In this document: in pieces, positions 55,030 through 64,000 of the stretch | How positions within the stretch are numbered: the first letter of the stretch is position 1 | Layout: each line of letters opens with the position of its first letter | DNA from: Lama guanicoe | Taxonomy: Eukaryota | Length of the DNA: 64,000 nt | NCBI GenBank assembly: GCA_013239625.1 | Contig: MU053513.1 | Coordinates: 3,336,927-3,400,926, forward strand | Reading direction: 5' to 3' | Notes under the pieces: generated by a model | The model's input: only the letters and a program-made list of their open reading frames with translations | The model's database searches: none | What the model was told of the DNA's origin: nothing | Translations under genes and position numbers: made by a program

Positions 55030-56365
55030 CTTATATTTTGTTATACACAACAATCTCATTATAGTTTTATTTGTAAAGTGCAGTCTACCTTTAATAGCTA
55101 CTCTTAAAAGAAAACATAGCATAATATAGTGTCAGAAACTGCACTGGGCAAGTTCCTAAGACACCTGAGCATTGATCTCAACTCTGCCTCTTAAGTATGT
55201 AACCATGAGTAAATCACTTCACTTGGATCTCAGTTTTAATGTTCAGTAAAGAGACTATAAATAATATGTAAAGTATCTCCCACTTTTAATAGTCTACAAC
55301 CTTAAACCTACGCCTCCTACATACTTTAGCAACATGCTTCCATTTTAAAGAGGCTTGGGTACATGGATTTTAATAAAACAGAATTACACAAATACATATG
55401 CCTAGTTTAGAAGTTTGCACAACTTGTTCAACTCAAACTACCCTTTCCTGTTCAGGTTATGCAACCCTTAGCCTAATATCTATTCAGACAATCTGAACAT
55501 TTACCCATCTAGGAGGAAGAAAGTATGCTCATGTAACTCTTAATTAAGTTCCATACTCCCTCCTTTGCCTGATAGACATCGACATCATTTGGTCATGAAC
55601 AGGTTTTCTTTTCTACAAATTCATTTTGAAAACAACAGTTTTACAGTTGAAACTTGTGACTCCTCTTTCTTTTCTCAGAGTTACAATCTTAAACCTTGTT
55701 TCCGCAGCTCTAACTTGGACTACTTTAATGACTTCATTTCTTTTTTGATTTGTTAAATTTTAATTTCTTTTCTCTTTAGTCTACTTTAAATGTTACTGCT
55801 AAATTATCTCCATGCATTCAGATTACTAACCCTTTCAAATATGTTAAATTACCTGTTCTTGTTTAAATAAAATTTTTCTTGCTTTCCCCCATTCACGGCT
55901 CTTTGCCATTTCCACACTTTCTCAGGAACAGATTTTTCTCTGAGTGTTGTATGACCTTGGGTAATCAATTTATGTTACATTGTTTTAATCCATAAAGTGT
56001 GCATAATGCCACTTATCCTACCTGAAAGGTTCCTGTGAGGAAGGAAAAAGAGTGGGAAAGTCTTTTGAAATGTCTAAAACTCTATTACTGGGCAGGCCAT
56101 ACAAATCATATTTTGATTTCCGCTTCATTATCCCTCACAGCTGTTACTGGCATTCTCCGTAGACCGGCACCACAAATAGCCACTCATTCAAGTAATTACT
56201 TGAAACGACTATTCTCAACTTAAAATCTTCAGCAAGAACTATTTCACCTGGTAACATCAACTATGGCTTAATTTTTAATGTAACTTAATACAAACAACAT
56301 ATTTTCAGTAAAGGAAACAGATCGTAATTTTGAAATTTTTAGTTAAAATAATATTGGAGGCCTTA

Positions 56366-56533
<168 letters not shown>

Positions 56534-58538
56534 CTATCAGCAGATAACGCATGGTGACTGCACCTCAGTTACCCTGCCAACAATCCCAATGATTATTACC
56601 CCCATTTTACAGATGAGGAAATGAAGAATTAGGGAGGTTTAAAAGCTTGCTCAAGTTACATACAATGTAGCAGAGCTAGTATTTCAGCCCAGGCTTGCTT
56701 CATAACTAACATGGTATTTAATTTTCTTTAGCAGTTTGAGCTGTAATTAAAAAATCCTTGTATCAAGATAACGTAAAATTAAAAGAAAGTATGTGTGTGT
56801 TGGAACTGACACTCTTCCTTTGCCAAGACTGGTTAAAGTATTTAAGGGACAAACAAGCTCTCTGGAAAAGGAAGGTAAATGGGGCGGCTGCCTGTGAAAA
56901 GAAATGAGATACTAACTCCTATTCTGACTACTGTCCTCTCTATGCAACAAAATCAGTGTTTCTGTTAGAGCTGAATTATTATGAATTTCAGCTGGGTTTT
57001 CTCTCCAGAAGAATTTTTCCCAGAAAGGTTTAAAAACAAAATATGAGGAAAAAGGCAAAACATCCAAATATTCATGTAGCCCATGTTCTAAAATAGCCTG
57101 ATACAGGAAATTTTTTTTAATTCCTTAATTTTCTATGCTCAAAACTAATAAATTATCATTTACTCTACAGTTTTACTTAATAATAGCTTAAAAATAGTAG
57201 AAATTGTTTTCTAGTATCATATGTTACCTAATTAGTCTTACTACATGAAGAGCTGAACTTAATGAGTTCTTAAAATTATGAAAGCTTCTAATTGCATTGT
57301 TGGATTTCTCTCAACCTGTGACATTTTAATTGTTTCTTCAGGTTTTGTTTATTATTTTCTGACATTATGATTACTTAATGACACAGTGCTTTACCAGACA
57401 CTCATAAAGTGTTCGATAGATACGTTTAAAATAAACAACTTGCTGGTACGCTCACTCCCAGGAATAATGCTCTACTTGCCAGAAAACAGCACTGAAGAGC
57501 ATACTTATATTTTAAATCAGAGGTTCTATTTTTATACTTACAGTGATGAGTGAATAAATACATTATTTCCCATGACAACTTAACACACATTGGACAGAAC
57601 TGTTGCTGAAATGCTCATCCTTATGTTGAGCTGTATTATTCTATATTTCTCTCACTTTCACCCATTATTTTTAAACTGGCTTTCTGAAGCAAACACTATG
57701 AGCCTACTCGCCTCTGTGTGTGACGTTATTTCAAAAATTTCAAACTTCTTCCAACATAACGAAACCGAATTCCTTTACTCTTCATAGGACCTGTTTTCTG
57801 GGCTCATCCTAATGCAGGACATGTATTTGCTTCTGAACTTATTCCATTTTGTCAATGCATGTCTTAAAATGTGTTGCCCAGAACCATTTTTCCCTGTTAG
57901 TTTGATACTATACTCCTATTACTGCAGCAAAAAATCACATTAGCTCCTTAAAGGCAAATACATCACACTGTTGATTCCTATTGAACCTCTCTTCATCTTT
58001 TTCCCACAAATAATGCTATCAAATGTTTTTCCTCAACATTTTATATTTAAGTGCGTTTATGACTCTTTGTTGAACTTCATGTCATTATTTTTGGACCTCT
58101 TAGATTTTACTCAACTAAAATTATGTCCTTTCTAAAAGGTAGTGTATATTGCTCAGAATGAGAGAAATGTGCTATACCACTGGCTTCCTTTTTCCTTGGA
58201 GTCTTAGGGAAATGGTTCCAAGGAGGTCCTGGTATGGAGAGTGGGAGTGGTAAGCCCAGCAGAGGGAGCTCTAGCTTTCCTAATCAGATTCAGCCAGAGT
58301 AGGTAGGTGTTTTTGTTTAATTTTATTTCACAAATTAAACTTTTGAGGCAATTTAAAGAAATAGTTCAGGACTTAAAAATAGTTGTTGAAAATCACTGAA
58401 CTACTTACAATCTTTTATGGACCTTCCAGTTCCATGGATAAAACTTAACTTAATTGTGGTGGTTTAATAATATAGGAAAGAAGAGAAGGGAAATTCTAAA
58501 TATAAAGTAATTAAGAAGCAGTATACAGAGATGTTTTA

Positions 58539-58709
<171 letters not shown>

Positions 58710-58924
58710 TTATTAAATTATGAACACTTAGAACAAGGAGGGTATTTTATTTTTAAGCCAGTATTTTAAATTTTTTAAAATACCTAAAAATAAAATATTC
58801 CTAAAGAATCTAGCTGTTCAAATGTAAAAACATTTAATATATAATTTAAAACTAGATATAGGGTACCAATAAATCATGTCAAAAATTAAAATGTTAGATA
58901 TCTTCAACCAAGTTAAATTCAATT

Positions 58925-60790
58925 TCACATATACTCATTCACTGAAACATCTATTGAGTAGCACCTACTATGTACTGGTTATGAAGGAGGAGACGGAAAA
59001 ACCGGAAACGAAAGACATCCTGTCTTCAAGATTTTACAATGCAACAGCGGAGATGAGTAATATATTGTAATTATATATATATATAAGTATTAAAGTTATA
59101 CACAATGGATTTAAGAAACTATTTTAGATTTAGCATGTCAGAAAGCTTCCCAGAGGTGATGCTTAAATTAAGTCTCACAAAGGAAAAGGAATTCTTAGAG
59201 GGTAGGGAACAGGGGGAATATGTACTCTCAGAAGAAGCAATAATACATGCAATGATATCAAGAGAAGAAGCAGGGTTACCCGGTGTTTGCAACACAAAAG
59301 TACCCGAGTTCTATAACATGTATATTCTGTGCAGGTAAGGGAATGGTAGGAAATGAGTCTAGAAAGAAAGGAAGGGAAGAGAGGACAAAGACCCCTTTAT
59401 ACTACACTAAGCAGCTAAAATTTAATCTAGTAAAGGGGGCCTCTTAAGGCTCTTCAACAGAGATGTGACAAAATATAGGCAGTAATGGATATACCTGAGT
59501 GACCAGGACTGTGAATACCAGGCCCAAAGACACCAGTTCCTTATCCTTAAGGTATTTATTGTCCAAAGAGAGAAATCTTAGCAGTTAATTTTAATTCAAA
59601 GTAGTAAGGGTTCACAGGGACATGAGAAACAACGACTTAGACCTGCAGCAGGGCAGGAGGTGATGAGCGGTAAGGGAGGTGGCAAGTAATCCTCATTGGA
59701 GGAACGATCTTGAAGGACAAGTAAGCAAGGCAAGCAGATCCAGGCCCGGAAGAAGGAAACAGCAGTTGTACCAGACCAAGGACTAGCGGCTCAGTACTCG
59801 AATGTAAAGTATGAAGCTCAAAGCCATGAAAGCAGGCTACCAAGGCAGACAGGGACCTGGTCACGGAGGCTGAGGCATACGCCACGCCTAGGAGAGTACA
59901 CTTCTATGCATTCAACAAAAGTTTAGAACACTTGCCACTGTGCCACAGAAGCTTAAGGAATCAAGTAAGTGGGCTTCAGGGGAACCTAGAACAGTCCGGT
60001 GTTCAAAAGTGAGGAATACATATGCATTTTTCTGAGGATGTCACATTCTAAAATGGGTTCACAAACAAACAAACAAACAAAAAATAGATATCACTGCCAT
60101 TGATGAAATGAAAACACAATGCTTTTGTAAAGGCAGAGAGTGATAGTTAGATTCACATTTTAGTTTATTATTACACAAGCATAAAGGACAGATTTAAGAG
60201 GGGATAATAATAATAATAATAATAACAGCAACAACTTTGTACTATCTTCCAGGTGCTGTTCTAAGCACTTGACTCATTTAAACCTCCTATGGTTTAGGTA
60301 CTAGGCATAGGTCCTATGGCATAGGTACTAGGAATTTACATTTTGTAAATGAGGAAACTGAAACACAGTGAGGTGAAGTAATTTTCCCAAGTTGACAGAT
60401 CTAGTAAGTGACAGAAGGTACCTACATAAGACAGGAGTTAGGGACACAAATTAGGAGGCTTTGCAATAGCGCAGGCCAGAAAGAAAGCTTTAACTAAGAA
60501 GCGAGATAAGATGAACTTGCGAACTGTGGTGTGAAATCCCAGGACATGATGACTAAATAGGATGCTAAGGAGCTAAAGAGGATGTTATGATGACTCTCAA
60601 GTTTTTAGTTTAGGAAGCTTTCAAATAGGGATAATCTAGAAGAGAAGCAGTTCTAAACAGTGGGGAGAAATTAATTTGGTTTGGGACACATTTAGTTTAA
60701 AGTGTTTCAGTCTAGCCAAGAAGAACTGTCTACTAGATTAGCACATATAGGAAGGTAAAGCTCAGGGGAGAAGGGCTGAAACTGGAGAGT
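58925..60790 (-). mobile_element. Fragmented L2 remnants with MIR insertions
   Basis: CATTCACTGAAACATCTATTGAGTAGCACCTACTATGT (L2 3' end), CAGAAAGCTTCCCAGAGGTGATG, TTTGGGACACATTTAGTTTAAAGTG. Confidence 0.6.
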
Positions 60791-60849
60791 TAATAGAGTA
60801 TTCAGTTAATACACCAAAACTTAATACCTGATGGGGAGACCAATTTGGT

Positions 60850-61450
60850 AATTTAAGTCAAGAGTAAGCTTTATGTAAATCAACAATGCTATATTTATAA
60901 AAGTATGTATATTATCTAAAATAAGGGTGATGGAACCATCCTACTCTGTACTCAGCAGACCATGCGGGAGTACTAGATTTAGCTCCATAATACTTTTGAG
61001 TCAGTGATTAATAAGAAGGTGATGGGACTTTACTGTGTTATATGAAGAAAAGATGAAAAAATTGGGGCTTATTAGCTTAGAAAAGACAAGATCTACATGA
61101 TAGCCATATTCACATACCTGAAGGCCTATACAGCCAAGAGAGAGAATTTGAAATTGATAGGAGAAACCTATTGTGAAATTATCCAAACTTACTAAACACC
61201 TACTATGGTATTGGGTGATAAAATTATAAAAGGAAATGAGACAATCCTTTCCTTCAGGAGCATGAAATCCAGAAGAGCTTTCTAATGGTCCAAGACCCTT
61301 CCAAACGGAGCTGCTATAGGAGGCTGTGATTCCCAGACATGAAAACAGGACCTAGATGGCTTTTTCACAGAGGTGCTATAGAGGGGTTTCAGGTGTCACG
61401 TGAGTCAACCAGGTTACTCTCCTACCTAAAGGTTCAAAGATGCTTCCACC
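60850..61450 (+). mobile_element. Ancient CR1/L3 LINE fragment
   Basis: CCTACTCTGTACTCAGCAGACCATGCGGGAGTACT and TTATTAGCTTAGAAAAGACAAG resemble the CR1 ORF2 3' region. Confidence 0.5.
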
Positions 61451-64000
61451 ATCATAACAAAAAAGGGTATTATATAAATGAACTCTCCAGAAAAGATAAC
61501 CCTATAAAGTACAAAAATTTTAAGTACCTTTGGGAATTTTTCTCCCCCTTGAAATACGCTATTAGCCATTCCTCTGCTTTACAATAAGGCACAGTTTCTA
61601 GAGTTTATCAAGCATATGAGTCTGTGTGTTTCCCTACAAAATGGCTTGTTCTTCAGAGTTGTTCTTGCTTTATCTGACTGTTTCTTAGTAATGGAAATTA
61701 ATTTTATAACGCTCTTTCAGCAGAAGCCATTTTTGTTTCCACCACAACTTGCTCTCGTCTTTATCACACTAGAAATCAAGCAAATTTGTAACATTTGTTT
61801 ATGCACAATTATTTATTTATGAAGAATTTATTATTTACTTATTTTGCATAATTCTATGAGTTCTATAATTCTATGAATAATACATTCTGGGTAAGGATCT
61901 AAGAGCCTACCAGATTGTTATCTTGTGAACAGAAGCCCAGTTTTATTCAGTATTTTAATTCCAAGCCACCTGATATACAGTATTCAAGTATTTAAAGGAA
62001 TTAAGTATAACATTATACCTTTCTTTATTAGTGATGACATCACCACCTTATCTGTGTATAGGTTACTAGGCAATTTTGCATTTATTCTGTATTAAATTTT
62101 TTAGTTTTTGCCTTAGACTCTAAGGGGGCTAGAGGTAGTTTATACAATACATGTCTTTTAAAAAAATTTGGATTAAGTGAAAATAAAGATAAAATCAGAA
62201 AGAAGAATAATATAATGCAACACATGCTTTGAGGTTCAAATAATTACTGGTGGTGGACTACATAACTGGCCCTACGCTTCTTACTCACCAAAACCAAAAA
62301 ATACCAGTTATAAGTGTAAACTGCCCATAAACTGAAGTCTGGCATACAGCAGGGAACTCAGATACTGAGTAAATGAATGGATGAATGAGTTAAAGTTAAG
62401 AGAAACAAAGTTTCCCCTGGTCACTAGGTATGAAACAAATTTCTCTACTATATTTTTACAAAAGGCACACTATGTAAAGATATTCATATAAAAACAATAG
62501 CATTTTGTTTTATCTTTACTGTATCCTTTTTAGATATTATACACCCTGTGGTCAGAAGTGACTTTGAGGTTAGGTAACTATTTAAGATCACATTGCTATT
62601 TTATGACTTGAAGCCAGGTCTTGTGACCCCCAAGTTCAGTGTTGTTTCAGTTACATTTCAGCGACTTCTTAGTTCCCCTGCGAATGCATGGTTTTATGAC
62701 AAGAGTTTTCCATACCATTGTTAGGCTTTTTACGAACACTTCCGAGTTCTTAGACCATGGCTGGACAAATAAATTTACTGAATGTCTTGCCCAAAACAAG
62801 CTTAATAGTCTAAAATTTGTTTCTAACTGTCTAAAAATTCTGCTTATTTTAGGTATATACTTTTTAAAAGATTTAACCCAGTATTTGAAAAACAAGTATG
62901 TTTCTAACTTATTATTTTAACATTTTATATATATATAATATATATGCAATAATATAACTAGTTTTAATTTTTCAAAAATTTTTTCCACCAAGTGATATTG
63001 AAAAATAATTACAGTGGGGCCCTTATTTATTTCTGCATTTGCTTCCTCAAAAGTAGTATAACTGATCACATGATGTGGTAAGAGATTAAATCCTATGAAT
63101 ATGCACTAACACTATAACTGTACTAAAAGTTAAATCCAAAAACTTATCATATTTTACTGTATCAATTTTTACCATGAAATTATTTTTAAAAGCAAAAATC
63201 TAAGGAATTTAAATATTCAACAATAGGAAATAGTAAAATAATTTATAGTAGTTCAATTAGATAGCATATTATGTAGTAATAAATGTCACAGTATTTAAAA
63301 AGTAGAGCATAAAAAATACTCGTGTTAAAAATACAAAACTGTGCATATATGACCCTTATTGTGGAAAAATATTTATATGCATTAAAAAATCTAACAGAGT
63401 ATACAATAGGTCAGTAATACCAGTTAACTTCACCATCTGAGGGATTAGAGACATTTTTGTTCTTCATACTTTCTAAATCTTCTCTATTTTTACAATCAGA
63501 AAAAACTTTAAATATTAATTTTAAAAAGTTTAAATAAAACATAGTATTATATTTAGTTAATTTTATAAATATTTATTGGGAGTTAAATAACTGAATCTCA
63601 GTATAAATTAATCAATAATTACAATTAATATACCTAACTATTTTCATTTTCACACTTGGCTTCATATTTTGAGTACATCAATTACAGTAGGTACATATTT
63701 GAGTATATATTATGCACTAGGGGGAAAATGTACAGGAAGTCTTTATTAATTCAGAAGTTAGAGTAATTTAGGGACAAGAATAAATGCATTTTTATACATA
63801 CTGAAGGTATTAATCACAAACTGCCAAAGAAATGTTTAAAATATTTGAACTACGTTTAAAGATTTTTTTAAATCTTAGAAATACAGATTTGTACTAATAA
63901 GACAATTACAAATATTCATATCAATGCAGTAAGTTAGGTTCTCCTAAGCATCTCTATGCTACAATTTTTTTAAAGCCTATTTCTAATATTATATGTTATA

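Noticed and set aside
60284..60335. Short direct duplication (CCTATGG...TAGGTACTAGG twice); similar two-copy repeats at about 23328-23360 and 46687-46716
   Set aside because: Two-copy slippage duplications with no spacer or array structure; not CRISPR-like or otherwise functional-looking.

Overview
Mammalian genomic DNA, AT-rich and repeat-rich, most likely from a camelid: it has two tRNA-Ala-derived vic-1-type SINEs and I recognise no Alu, Bov-tA or PRE-1. The window holds the conserved ACADM-RABGGTB-MSH4 block, with all three genes head-to-tail on the minus strand. Present are ACADM exons 7-12 (58679 to 46214; 5' part off-window right), the complete 9-exon RABGGTB gene (42277 to 35195, 331 aa) with the three box C/D snoRNAs SNORD45C/A/B in introns 1-3, and MSH4 exons 1-12 (33528 to 739; continues off-window left). 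I located exon boundaries by hand on the reverse strand; exon phases join into open frames and match the human proteins as I recall them. Introns carry L1, L2, MIR, CR1, MaLR/ERVL/ERV1 LTR and Tigger/hAT relics. Most other ORF-track entries are chance ORFs or repeat fragments. I cannot show a wholly new biological system. The best candidate is a post-transcriptional module in RABGGTB: strong-splice-site cassette exons in intron 4 (the first with a premature stop), a uORF-creating micro-exon next to SNORD45C, a TCT/TOP start, a GC-AG last intron and functionally diverged snoRNA paralogues. Also notable are a GC donor in MSH4 intron 1, an E2F/NRF1 germline-type MSH4 promoter and a Tyr-to-Cys change in ACADM. 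Repeat family names and human comparisons are from memory and were not searched; repeat boundaries are approximate unless TIRs or TSDs are quoted.
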